From an uncultured Gemmatimonadaceae bacterium (GTDB lineage Bacteria > Gemmatimonadota > Gemmatimonadetes > Gemmatimonadales > Gemmatimonadaceae): 64,000 bases of DNA. Shown here piece by piece: positions 37,612 to 47,369 of this stretch (position 1 is its first letter; each line of letters opens with the position of its first letter). The position numbers and the translations under genes are program-made. The stretch lies in NCBI GenBank assembly GCA_963817955.1, contig CAWFQK010000002.1, positions 448,001-512,000 on the forward strand, written 5' to 3'. The notes under the pieces are model-generated. The model was not told the origin of the DNA. It saw only the letters and a program-made list of their open reading frames with translations, and searched no databases.

Positions 37612-40047
37612 ATGGAGCTCAAGGACCAGTGGCAAGTTGTCAGGCAGGACGTGGTGTTTGGCCTCCGCCAACTGCGGAAAAGCCCGGGCTTTACGGTCGC
37701 GGCGCTGCTGACGCTGGCGCTCGGAATAGGCGCGAACAGCGCCATTTTCAGCGTCCTGTACAGTGTCATGCTCAACCCGCTGCCATTCGCCAACAGCGAA
37801 CGCATGATCACGATCGGCGAGCGCACCGGCAGCAGCACCAACGCCGTGACGTTCGGCAACTACGCCACGTGGAAGGCCGCCGCGCACAGCCTCCAGACGA
37901 TCGCCGCGTACTGGGGCGGCGGCCCTCGCACCCTCACCGGCACCGGCGATCCTACGCCGATCGCGACGCTCTCCACGACTGGAAGCTACTGGCAAGCTGA
38001 GTTCATTCCGCCCGTCGTAGGACAGTATTACAACGAGGACGCCGAGCGCGCCGGCACGACACCGGTCGCCGTGCTCTCGTACTCGCTCTGGCAGTCGCGA
38101 TTCAACGGCGACCGCGCGATCGTCGGCAAACAGATCACGCTGAGCGGCACCGATTTCACGGTCGTCGGTGTTGCGCCGGCGGACTACAATCTCGGAGCGC
38201 AGCCCGATCGGATCTGGGTGCCGATGAAAGTGGAGCCGGCCCGATGGAACGATCACAGCGACCATGAGCTCACGGTCATTGCGCTCGTGAAACCCGGTGT
38301 GCCGATCGCGCAGGCGACGCGCGAGCTGTCGGCCATCGAACGTGGTCTCGCCAAGCAATACCCCAACTCTGGATTCGAGGACGTTGACGTCCGTCTGTTC
38401 GCCGACGACCTGGTCGGCGCGGTCAACCGCACGCTGCTCTTCACGCTGCTCGGAGCAGTCGGCCTCGTGCTGCTCATCGCGTGCGCGAATGTCGCGAATC
38501 TTCTCATCGCGCGCGCCGGCGTCCGGCGCGCCGAGATCGCCATTCGCGCGGCGCTCGGCGCGTCGCGCCGGCGCATCGTGGCCCAGCTACTCGTTGAGAG
38601 CTTGCTCCTGGCACTGGCAGGCGGTGTGCTCGGGTTACTCGTCGCGTGGGCGGGCGTTCGGTTCCTCGTCACGAGCCCGGCGTCCATGGCGCGACTCAAG
38701 GATGCGACGCTCAACGGGCCCGTGGTCGCGTTCACGCTTGTCCTCGCGATGGCGTGCGCCGTCGTGTTCGGGCTGCTGCCAGCGCTGCGCGCGACCCGGC
38801 TCGACCTGCAGCAGACGTTACGCGACGGCGGACGTGAAGCCTCGCTGTCATCGCGGGATCGTCTGCGCGGTCTGCTCGTCGTCGGCGAGCTGTGTTTGAC
38901 GCAGGTGTTGCTCATCGGCGCGGCCCTGCTGATTCGCAGCGCCCTGCTCGTACAGGCCGTGCCTCCGGGCTTCGCCACGAACAACGTGCTGATCACCAAC
39001 GTCTTGTTGCCGGCGCAACGGTATGGCGGCCCGGGCGCGGTCGAGGCGGGCTTCCTGCGCCTCGATGAAGCCATCGCGGCGGTGCCTGGCGTTCAGGCCG
39101 TCGGCCGAACGTCGCTCGCCCCGGTGCAGAACGGACAGGCATGGAACTGCATGGCCATGCGGCCGGGCAGCAACGGCCACGACGACGGCGCGTTCGTCGC
39201 CAACATGCGCGGCGCCAACGCCGCCTACTTCTCGGTGCTCGGCGTACCACTCTTGAGAGGGCGCGCATTCAACAACACTGACGTCGCCGGCGGACCATCG
39301 GTGGCAATCATCACGCGCACGTTGGCGCGCGATCTCTATGGCACCGCCGACCCCATCGGCCAGGTCATTGCCAGTTGCGTCGGCGGCACGCAGGCCGCGC
39401 CCCTGTGGCGGACGGTCGTCGGCGTGATCGGCGACACACGCGCACGTGGCCGAGCCACCGAGCCGCCGCGCGAGATGTACATGCCGAGCGCGCAGTGGCA
39501 GGGAAACACCGGCATGGCATTTCTCGTTCGTGGCGGCGTTCCAGTGCTGACGCTCGTCCCGGCCATTCGGCGCGCGGTCGCGACCGTCGACCCACAGCTC
39601 GCGCTCTCGAACACGACCACCATGGACGACGCGTTCGCTCGCCTGCAAGCGCTGCCGCGCTTCACCATGTGGCTGCTCACGCTGCTGGGCGCGACCGGCC
39701 TCGTCCTGGCTGTCGTCGGCGTCTACGGAGTCATTGCGTACTTCGTGACGCAGCGGACGCACGAGTTCGGCGTTCGCATGGCGCTTGGTGCAACCGGCGC
39801 CTCACTGCAGCGATTGGTAGTCCGCGAGGGTCTCGTGTTCGCACTCGCGGGCGTGGCCACGGGCACGCTTGCCGCGTACGGCCTGACCCGTTTCCTCGCG
39901 GGGTTCATGTTCGGGATCACGACGCACGATCCGGTGACCTATGCGTTGGTGGCCGGCATCCTGGGGGTCGTGGCCGCGCTCGCCAGCTTCATCCCCGCTC
40001 GGCGTGCGACGCGGATCGACCCGTTGGTGGCGTTGCGAAGCTCATGA
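37612..40047 (+). CDS. Duplicated MacB/FtsX-type orphan ABC permease (ADOP-like)
   Basis: QD..FGLRQLRKSPGFT..LALGIGANSAIFS; LLIACANVANL; two EI/EFG.R.ALGA repeats; PARRATRIDP..ALR. Confidence 0.92.
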   Translation: MELKDQWQVVRQDVVFGLRQLRKSPGFTVAALLTLALGIGANSAIFSVLYSVMLNPLPFANSERMITIGERTGSSTNAVTFGNYATWKAAAHSLQTIAAYWGGGPRTLTGTGDPTPIATLSTTGSYWQAEFIPPVVGQYYNEDAERAGTTPVAVLSYSLWQSRFNGDRAIVGKQITLSGTDFTVVGVAPADYNLGAQPDRIWVPMKVEPARWNDHSDHELTVIALVKPGVPIAQATRELSAIERGLAKQYPNSGFEDVDVRLFADDLVGAVNRTLLFTLLGAVGLVLLIACANVANLLIARAGVRRAEIAIRAALGASRRRIVAQLLVESLLLALAGGVLGLLVAWAGVRFLVTSPASMARLKDATLNGPVVAFTLVLAMACAVVFGLLPALRATRLDLQQTLRDGGREASLSSRDRLRGLLVVGELCLTQVLLIGAALLIRSALLVQAVPPGFATNNVLITNVLLPAQRYGGPGAVEAGFLRLDEAIAAVPGVQAVGRTSLAPVQNGQAWNCMAMRPGSNGHDDGAFVANMRGANAAYFSVLGVPLLRGRAFNNTDVAGGPSVAIITRTLARDLYGTADPIGQVIASCVGGTQAAPLWRTVVGVIGDTRARGRATEPPREMYMPSAQWQGNTGMAFLVRGGVPVLTLVPAIRRAVATVDPQLALSNTTTMDDAFARLQALPRFTMWLLTLLGATGLVLAVVGVYGVIAYFVTQRTHEFGVRMALGATGASLQRLVVREGLVFALAGVATGTLAAYGLTRFLAGFMFGITTHDPVTYALVAGILGVVAALASFIPARRATRIDPLVALRSS

Positions 40048-40119
40048 CGACGAATCGGGTCGTTATCTTGCAGCTCGGGGTCGCCATAGAGTAGCGACAG
40101 GGCGGAGGCGAGGTGAAGC

Positions 40120-40392
40120 ATGTCACGAGCATTTCTGAGAGACGACGCGGAAGGCGAGATGCCGCGCCGTCATTACGATCTCCCTGAACGGGATGATCCC
40201 GAGTACGATCGCGCCGCTGCTCGCGCGCTAGTCGGCGCGGCGCGCGTCAATGAGACGCAGCTCGCCGAGCGTGCCACAGGCTACTACTGGGGCGAGCCGC
40301 GGCTTCGGCCTTACGTGCAGGAGCTTCTCGCCGAAGCCGAGCGTTCGCAGGATGATCGTCTCGAGCAGGTCGCACGTCGATTCCTGCGTTAG
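40120..40392 (+). CDS. Small hypothetical protein
   Basis: GAGGTGA RBS; MSRAFLRDD start; charged helical composition. Confidence 0.7.
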   Translation: MSRAFLRDDAEGEMPRRHYDLPERDDPEYDRAAARALVGAARVNETQLAERATGYYWGEPRLRPYVQELLAEAERSQDDRLEQVARRFLR

Positions 40393-40419
40393 AGTAGTGC
40401 TAAGGAAAGATCTACTCTA

Positions 40420-42939
40420 CTACCCACGGAGCGTCGAGGACGGGTCCACGCGGGTCGTGCGTGCGGCCGGCACATACGCCGCAATGACTCCAATGATCAA
40501 GAGGATGACCGCTGCCGCAGCAACGCTGAGCGGATTGCCTGAGCCCACACCATAGAGGACTCCGCGCATGACCCGGGCCGCCACAATGCTTCCCAGAATA
40601 CCAATGGTGATCCCGACGCAGACCGGAGATAGCGCGCGACCAACGACTGACGCTCTCACGTCGGCGGGAGTCGCACCGATCGCCATCCGGATTGCGAGCT
40701 CGTGGCGGCGTTCCTGAACGGCGGCAGCAACCAACGCGTACAGGCCGATTGCGGCAATGAGCGCCGCCGCAGTTGACAATGCCGCGAGGGTGCCGGCAAG
40801 GAACCGTGGTCGCGCTAGGCGATCCGCCAGGATCTCGCCGCCCGTCTGCACTTCCCGGAGGCCAAAGGCTGGATTCGCCGCATGAAGCACGCGCGTCATG
40901 ATCGGGAGCGCGGCGCGTGGGTCTGGTCCAGTGGTGCGCAGGAGCAAGAACATGGGTGCAGAAGTGGTCTGTCGGACGGGGACGTACACCGTTGGGGCCG
41001 CTGGCATGACCAGGTCGCGTTCGCGGGCATCGGCGGCGACGCCGACGACTGTGCGCCATGGCTGTGCCGAGTCCGCGGGATTCAGCCGCACCCGGTGGCC
41101 AATTAGGTCGGTGCCGCCCCACGCGTTGCGTGCGAACGCCTCGTTCACCACCGCGACAGGAAGAGTCCCCTCTCGATCGAAGCGTGTGAAATCTCGGCCG
41201 TGCCGCAGCACGATACCGAGCGTGGCGAAGTGGTTCTCGAGTCCCGGCTCGAACGCTGCGCGCCGCGTAGCGGCTGCGGTCGCGTTGAGCGCATCGCCAC
41301 CGTCGATCTCATATGCGATTCCTCCGCCGGAACCGGAAAACGGGCGCATGAGCGTTGTGGTGACACCGCGAATGCCGGGCGACTTCGGTAGCTCCGTGGC
41401 CATGGCATCCAGTACTGCGCGGTATCGTGCGGCGCCCATACTCCAGTTCTCTGTCCTGGCATCGAAAGGAGTCATGTCCTCGAGTCCCACTATGAGGAGC
41501 GACTCAGCCGCGAAGCCAACCGGTATGTGCTGCAGCGCATTCATGGTTTGAACGAGGAGTCCGGCGCCAGAGAGAACGACGACCGCCAGCGCGACCTGCG
41601 CGCCCACCAGGAGCCGCCTGCTCTGTTCACTCGCATGGGCGCCAACCAGCGTCCGGCTCCCGCTCCGCATTGCGCGATCAAGGCTGTGGCGGACTGCGGA
41701 TCGCGCCGGCGCCAGGCCAAACACGAGGATGGCGCCGCAGGAAATCGCGAAAGCCAGCCCGAGAACGCTCCCATTCAGGCCGATCTCCTTGAAGCGGACG
41801 AGCGCGGGCGGTGCGGCGCGCGCAGCAACCTCCAACAGCGTCGCGGCGCCCATCGTGCCCAGAAGGCCCGCAGCGAGCGCAAGGAGAAAGCTCTCGACCA
41901 GAAGTTGCTGCACGAGCCGCCCGGGGCCTGCTCCGAGCGCTGCACGAGTGGCGAGCTCGAGTTGGCGCTTGAGACCGCGGGTAATCAGCAGCCCCGTAGC
42001 GTTCGCAAGCGCCATCACGAAGACGAGAACGACCGCAGCGGCGAAAATGAACAGCACGGGTCGGAGGTCGCCCAGGATGTACTGAATGAGCGGTACGACG
42101 GCGGCGACCCGCGTGTTCCCGGGGCCCAGCGTTGCTGGCAGAGGGAATTCGCTCAGATAGCTGTTGAACGCGGAGCGAGCCTGCGCCGCGGTCGCTCCCG
42201 GTCGCAGTCGTGCGACGATCTCCGCCGGGAACCCTGACGTCGGTCCCGGATTTGACATGAGCAAACGCTCAACAGGGTGGAGCGATGCCCAGACATCGGT
42301 CCCATTCGGAAAATCCAGGCCCGGCGGTGCGACGCCGATGATTCGCTCTGGACCATCGATGAGCGTCAGTGTACGACCGACCACGCTCGGGTCAGCGCCG
42401 AAGTCGCGCTGCCACGTTGTATATCCGAGGACCACGCTTGGAGGCGCACCCGGCGCGTCGTCGGCTGCGCTGAATAGTCTTCCAGCCACGGGTGCGACTC
42501 CGAGCACGTCGAAGAAGGCTCCGTCTACCATTGAGACGGACATCGGAAGTAACCGATCTTGGTATGATGCGGCGAAGGGCTGCGGACTGGCCTGCGCGAA
42601 TGCGGCGACTCGCGCGAACGCCGCCCCTTTGCCAGCAAGAGCTGGCACACCGCCACTCGGCAGGCCAAGCGCAACGTCTGTTTTCCCTCGTTGGGCAGCC
42701 CGGAGCACTACGAGCCGATCCTGATCCCGCACTGGAAGTGGATGGAGCACCACTGCATCGAGGATCCCGGCCGTGGCAGTCACCCCTCCAATGCCGATCC
42801 CAAGAGTGAGCACCACGAGGATCGCTGTGCCGCGGCCGGTCCGAAGCAACGACCGAACACCAAAACTGACATCTCGGCGAAGAGCAGCGAACGCGCGACC
42901 AATCCTGTAGGGAGCGCCGAATACGGGGCTGGGCATCAT
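40420..42939 (-). CDS. Duplicated MacB/FtsX-type orphan ABC permease (ADOP-like), divergent copy
   Basis: RDVSFGVRSLLR; ELATRAALGA; ELAIRMAIGA; PAARTTRVDP. Confidence 0.88.
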   Translation of the reverse strand: MMPSPVFGAPYRIGRAFAALRRDVSFGVRSLLRTGRGTAILVVLTLGIGIGGVTATAGILDAVVLHPLPVRDQDRLVVLRAAQRGKTDVALGLPSGGVPALAGKGAAFARVAAFAQASPQPFAASYQDRLLPMSVSMVDGAFFDVLGVAPVAGRLFSAADDAPGAPPSVVLGYTTWQRDFGADPSVVGRTLTLIDGPERIIGVAPPGLDFPNGTDVWASLHPVERLLMSNPGPTSGFPAEIVARLRPGATAAQARSAFNSYLSEFPLPATLGPGNTRVAAVVPLIQYILGDLRPVLFIFAAAVVLVFVMALANATGLLITRGLKRQLELATRAALGAGPGRLVQQLLVESFLLALAAGLLGTMGAATLLEVAARAAPPALVRFKEIGLNGSVLGLAFAISCGAILVFGLAPARSAVRHSLDRAMRSGSRTLVGAHASEQSRRLLVGAQVALAVVVLSGAGLLVQTMNALQHIPVGFAAESLLIVGLEDMTPFDARTENWSMGAARYRAVLDAMATELPKSPGIRGVTTTLMRPFSGSGGGIAYEIDGGDALNATAAATRRAAFEPGLENHFATLGIVLRHGRDFTRFDREGTLPVAVVNEAFARNAWGGTDLIGHRVRLNPADSAQPWRTVVGVAADARERDLVMPAAPTVYVPVRQTTSAPMFLLLRTTGPDPRAALPIMTRVLHAANPAFGLREVQTGGEILADRLARPRFLAGTLAALSTAAALIAAIGLYALVAAAVQERRHELAIRMAIGATPADVRASVVGRALSPVCVGITIGILGSIVAARVMRGVLYGVGSGNPLSVAAAAVILLIIGVIAAYVPAARTTRVDPSSTLRG

Positions 42940-42999
42940 TGGATTTCTGACTCAGGCGTAATAGGAGGACCGTCCGACCCACATCACACGCGCCGCCTG

Positions 43000-43028
43000 T
43001 TTATATACAATACTCAACGTATTGTAAA
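43000..43028 (-). promoter_or_regulatory. Sigma70-like promoter with an embedded palindromic operator upstream of the permease
   Basis: Minus strand TTTACA-17bp-TATAAA; perfect dyad TACAATAC-n5-GTATTGTA at 43006-43026. Confidence 0.65.
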
Positions 43029-43042
43029 GCCTGGCAACGCCT

Positions 43043-44989
43043 TCAGATCGGGCCGACCATCCGCTGCAACGCGTGCACGATCGCCCGCGAGAGCTGATCC
43101 GGATGCCGCACGATCGTGTAGCCTGTCGGACCGAACACGTGCGGCAGATACTCGGCGCCTTCCTGGTCGATCGTCAGACAGAAAGGGCGCACGCCCGCCG
43201 CCCGCGCCTCGAGCACCGCGCGCCGCGAATCCTCGATGCCGTACTCCCCGTGGTACCCATCCGCATCGTTCGGTCGCCCGTCGGACACGAGCAGCAGCAC
43301 GCGATGCCCCGCCTGTTGCGCGATGAGCTCTGCCGTCGCGTAGCGGACCACGCCACCGAGCCGCGTGAAGCCGCGCGGCTCCACGGGCGCCATACGGCGC
43401 CGGCTCAGCGCGCCGCCAGTTTCGTGAAATCGCTTGATCGGCACGACCGCCACGTTCTCGACCGTCTGGCCGGCGAACGCGAACACGGCATACGGATCGC
43501 CCATCGCATCGAGGGCGCTGGCCGCAACCATCATCGCTTGCTTTTCGACATCGATGATTCGAGACCCATCACCCAGCAGCTTGCCCGTCGACCCACTGGC
43601 ATCGACGAGTAGCGCGATCGCGAGCGGGCGCCGGGCCCGGCGCACCCCGCGATACACGCGATCGTCCGGTGACATCCCGAGCCGTCGTTCGATCGTCGCC
43701 TCGACCCAGGCCGCAAGATCGATCTCGTCGCCGGTCGTCTGCCGCGACTCGTGCACGCGCCGCGCCGCACGGACCTCGAGCACGCGCCGTGCCTCGGCGA
43801 TCATCGGCCGCAGCGCGGGCGCGATGATCGCATCAGCAGCTCCGCCGACTGCGGGCTCGTACACGCGAACGCCAGTCGCGGCGCGCTTATACGAATTCGA
43901 ATTCGCGTCCCACTCGTCGAACCAGATCGGGTCGGGCAGCACGGCCGCATCGGGGTCGTTCGAGAGTCGCCAATCCTGACGCGGTGGCGGCAGCGGCCGA
44001 CTCGCGTCAGCCGGTGGACGCGCCTGCCGATCGGCGCGCGGCGGCGGCGCGCCAGTCCACTTCGGCGGCGCGGCGTTCGTGTTGCTCGCGCCGGAGTCCG
44101 TCAGCTCCTCGATCGTCGAGCGCCCGTCGAACGAGTCACTGGTCTTGCGCGTCGCCGCCTCCGAGTTGGCTTCGGTGCGCCCGCCCGAGAACTTGCGCAT
44201 GGTGATGTGCTCCATCGGCCGCGCGTGCTCTCGCTTCCAATCAGGTGAGCGCGGATCTGGATTGATCGCGTCCCCGTCGACGCGGCCCCACGACACCACG
44301 GGCGGAAGCCCGCGATAGTCGGTCGACCGCAGGCGAATCGTACCCGCACACGCCTGGGCCCAGGCGAGCGATTCCTCCGGCGACGGCGCGTTGACGGGCG
44401 GCACTTCGGCGGCCGATGTCAGCGTGGCGCGGATGATGTCTTCGACTGCTCGCTCGGAAGTCGTCATCCCAGCCACCCACGGGCGCCGTTTCAATGCCCG
44501 CGCGCGCTCCGCCCGTACCGTGGGCGCGAGCGGCGGATGTCGGCTGACAATAATGGCGTCAATCGCCGCACCTTCGGCGAGCAGAAAGAGATCGCGCGCG
44601 AGCGGATCGCCCGCCGGCATCGCGAGCCGCGTACCGCGTACGATCCGCTCCGACTGCTGCAGTGCCATCAGACGATAGATGTCGAGCGCCGCCGCTGCCG
44701 TATGCTTGCGGGTGAGCGCTGCGGGCAATTGCACGCGCTCACCATCCGTGCTGGGCAGCGCGATCGGTCGTTGCGCCACTGCATACCACAGCCGCTCGTA
44801 TGGGCTGTCCGGCGGATCCGGCGTCGCCTGAATGGGGATCGGCCGGCCGTACAGTGCCGAGACGAAGAGTTCGACGCGCCGGCGAACGCCCGCGAGCTGT
44901 GGCGTCTCCGGGCGTGCGACATGCTCCGCAAGCACGTCACGGGCGCGACAGACCGCCGCACGAAGTTTCAGGCGATAGCGTCGCAACAT
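43043..44989 (-). CDS. norD: NorD/CbbO-type vWA-domain activation protein
   Basis: FDEWD....Y, GDEIDL, MIDAS DASGST, FTRLG, SDGRPND.DGY.G.YGIEDSR.AV.EAR, PFCLTID. Confidence 0.85.
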   Translation of the reverse strand: MLRRYRLKLRAAVCRARDVLAEHVARPETPQLAGVRRRVELFVSALYGRPIPIQATPDPPDSPYERLWYAVAQRPIALPSTDGERVQLPAALTRKHTAAAALDIYRLMALQQSERIVRGTRLAMPAGDPLARDLFLLAEGAAIDAIIVSRHPPLAPTVRAERARALKRRPWVAGMTTSERAVEDIIRATLTSAAEVPPVNAPSPEESLAWAQACAGTIRLRSTDYRGLPPVVSWGRVDGDAINPDPRSPDWKREHARPMEHITMRKFSGGRTEANSEAATRKTSDSFDGRSTIEELTDSGASNTNAAPPKWTGAPPPRADRQARPPADASRPLPPPRQDWRLSNDPDAAVLPDPIWFDEWDANSNSYKRAATGVRVYEPAVGGAADAIIAPALRPMIAEARRVLEVRAARRVHESRQTTGDEIDLAAWVEATIERRLGMSPDDRVYRGVRRARRPLAIALLVDASGSTGKLLGDGSRIIDVEKQAMMVAASALDAMGDPYAVFAFAGQTVENVAVVPIKRFHETGGALSRRRMAPVEPRGFTRLGGVVRYATAELIAQQAGHRVLLLVSDGRPNDADGYHGEYGIEDSRRAVLEARAAGVRPFCLTIDQEGAEYLPHVFGPTGYTIVRHPDQLSRAIVHALQRMVGPI

Positions 44990-45076
44990 TCACCGGCTCC
45001 GGCTCAATGACGCCGAGCACCAGTCGCGAGCCGGCGTCAGAAGCACGCCGATAGCGCACCGCCCGCAGCCCGTCTC

Positions 45077-45892
45077 CTAAAACGTGGCATCCACAACATC
45101 CCCGATCGCCGAAAGCAGCTCCGGATCGTCGGTGAGGGGCCCGGCCAACCCGACGAGGCACGCCTCGCGCGGCTTGATCCCCTCCCCAATCAGCCTTCCA
45201 ACGCTCACTAGCAGACGCGTCCCTGGCACTTCGGCCAACCCCTGGTCCTTGAGCGCGCGCACGCGCTGGGCAAGCGCGACGAGCCGCTTGGCCGTCGACT
45301 GGTCGACGCCCGTTTCGTGGACGACGATTTTCGCCTCGATCTTGGGGTCTGGAAACTCGAATTCCAGCGTGATGAAGCGCTGTCGAGTGCTCGGCTTGAG
45401 GTCTTTGATGGCGCGCTGGTAGCCTGGATTGTAGGAGACGACGAGCTGGAACTCGTCGCCCGCCTGGATCAACTCGCCCGTCTTGTCGAGCGGCAAGGTG
45501 CGCCGGTCGTCGGTAAGCGAGTGGATGACGACGGTCGTGTCCTGACGCGCCTCGACGACCTCGTCGAGATAGCAGATGGCGCCGATGCGAGCGGCGACCG
45601 TGAGGGGCCCGTCCATCCAGACGGTGTCGCCGCCCCGAATCAGGTAGCGGCCGAGCAGGTCGCTCGCCGAGAGATCGTCGTGGCACGAGATGGTGATCAG
45701 CGGCCTCCCCAGGCGCCACGCCATGTGTTCGACGAAGCGCGTCTTGCCGCACCCGGTCGGCCCCTTGAGCATCACAGGAAGTCGCCGCGCGTGCGCCGCG
45801 GTGAAGACGTCGATCTCTTGGGCCGCCGGAATGTAGAATGGCTCGTGGGCGAATCGGCGCGCCTCTCGCTCGTTGGGTACGCGCTCGCTCAC
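45077..45892 (-). CDS. norQ: CbbQ/NirQ/NorQ family AAA+ ATPase
   Basis: LKGPTGCGKTRFVEHMA, CHDDLSASDL.GRY, YLDEVVEARQD, SYNPGYQ..KDLKPSTRQRF. Confidence 0.93.
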   Translation of the reverse strand: MSERVPNEREARRFAHEPFYIPAAQEIDVFTAAHARRLPVMLKGPTGCGKTRFVEHMAWRLGRPLITISCHDDLSASDLLGRYLIRGGDTVWMDGPLTVAARIGAICYLDEVVEARQDTTVVIHSLTDDRRTLPLDKTGELIQAGDEFQLVVSYNPGYQRAIKDLKPSTRQRFITLEFEFPDPKIEAKIVVHETGVDQSTAKRLVALAQRVRALKDQGLAEVPGTRLLVSVGRLIGEGIKPREACLVGLAGPLTDDPELLSAIGDVVDATF

Positions 45893-46204
45893 GGCGCGGT
45901 CGGTGTTCGCTCGAAGGGATGTCACGGGAGACAGATTATACAGGATTCCATAAGAGCGCCACTGGGCCGCGACCGATGGCGATGCGGATATCGACGGATC
46001 TGGGAGGCCTTCACAAGCTACGCATTCAACCACTTTGCCAGACAGACGCTGGTCTTAGGCGACGACGCATACTCCCCATACGCTGCGATTCCGACCAATC
46101 CCACGCTGCAGGAGCTCCGCATTCATGGCTGCAATGAGCGCCGCCGAAACAGGACTGTGTAGCGCCGCATCAGTGATATGCAGCGCATTGCTCGTTGCGA
46201 TCAT

Positions 46205-47206
46205 CTAGCCGGCGTTCAGGATCAACCGCAGACGATCGGACAGGGCGCGGCTCTTGTCGTCGCCGGTCACGATCTCGATCGCATCGGGGCCGGTGGCGCC
46301 GAGCCCCAACTCCACGGCACGCGCGATCTGCTCCTGCTTCCAGATGCCGCGGCTCATGATGGCGTCGTTCGCGCCGAGCGACTTGAGCATGGCAACACCC
46401 ACGGCGTCCACGGCTACGCGGTCGTGGCCGGCGATCATCACGTTGCCCTGCTTCAGCACGCCCTGTGACGGTCCACCATCCGTGAACACCGACACGCCAT
46501 CGAGCACGATGAGTTGTGGCTGGTATCCGGTGTTGAGCTCGGCAATCATCCGCCGCATGTCGGGCGAGCGGTGCATCGTTCGGCGGATGGGTTTCGGGGT
46601 GAGACCAACCGACAACTTGAGCGACATGGTGAATACGCCGCCCGAGCCATGCGTCTTGAGGCAGCAGGTCGACACCGTGTACGGTGATTCGACGATGAGC
46701 CGCGGCAGGTGAAAGCCGTCGGGCCAGTGACTGCTCGGCGGATTGAGCGACACCCAGTCATTCTCGCTGATCTGCTCAAAGTCCACGATGTCGAAACGCA
46801 GATCGCGCGCAAGATCGAAGGTGCCCTTCTTCTCCATGACCCCGTGCGTCTGCGGCGGCCCGCTCGATTCACCGAGCGTTACACTGCGCGCTCCACGCTC
46901 GTGCAGCTCGGTGACGATCTGCGACAGCGTATCATTGTGCGTGGATGCAGGCGTGTCGTCCGCAGAATTGAAGTTGGGCTTCACCACGACGCGCTTGCCG
47001 TTGATGGCACGCAAGTCGAGCAGCTTCAGAACCTGGGCGACGCCCTGCTTGCGGTCGGCCGTGGCGACCAGGGCCACGCGACTCCGGGATGGGGGCGGTG
47101 CAAGCACGCGAGCCATACGCTGAAGGTCTAGTCCGGGCGCGAGCGCAATGCCGACGGACGCCGAGCGGACGAAATCGCGACGAGAGATACCGCGCGCTGA
47201 GGCCAC
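46205..47206 (-). CDS. DUF362 domain protein with Tat-like signal
   Basis: SRRDFVR; VKPNFN, GES, LKTH..FTMSLK, D.VAVD motifs. Confidence 0.8.
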   Translation of the reverse strand: MASARGISRRDFVRSASVGIALAPGLDLQRMARVLAPPPSRSRVALVATADRKQGVAQVLKLLDLRAINGKRVVVKPNFNSADDTPASTHNDTLSQIVTELHERGARSVTLGESSGPPQTHGVMEKKGTFDLARDLRFDIVDFEQISENDWVSLNPPSSHWPDGFHLPRLIVESPYTVSTCCLKTHGSGGVFTMSLKLSVGLTPKPIRRTMHRSPDMRRMIAELNTGYQPQLIVLDGVSVFTDGGPSQGVLKQGNVMIAGHDRVAVDAVGVAMLKSLGANDAIMSRGIWKQEQIARAVELGLGATGPDAIEIVTGDDKSRALSDRLRLILNAG

Positions 47207-47369
47207 AATCGCTTCCTTGGTTGAGCGTCTCGGGGAGGGGCATCCCAATGTGCGCATCGACAAGAAATTCCGAAAGAGACAAGATCGAAGAGCCGCATCT
47301 CGCTACCATTCCCTTCCCGTTCGCTCGGAATTGTCGCATCACGTTGCGGCCGACGAGGCTCGCCTTTCA

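Noticed and set aside
45893..46033. N-terminal extension of norQ with CxxC (MVECVACE)
   Set aside because: Family similarity begins near EPFY; the extension is probably untranslated upstream sequence
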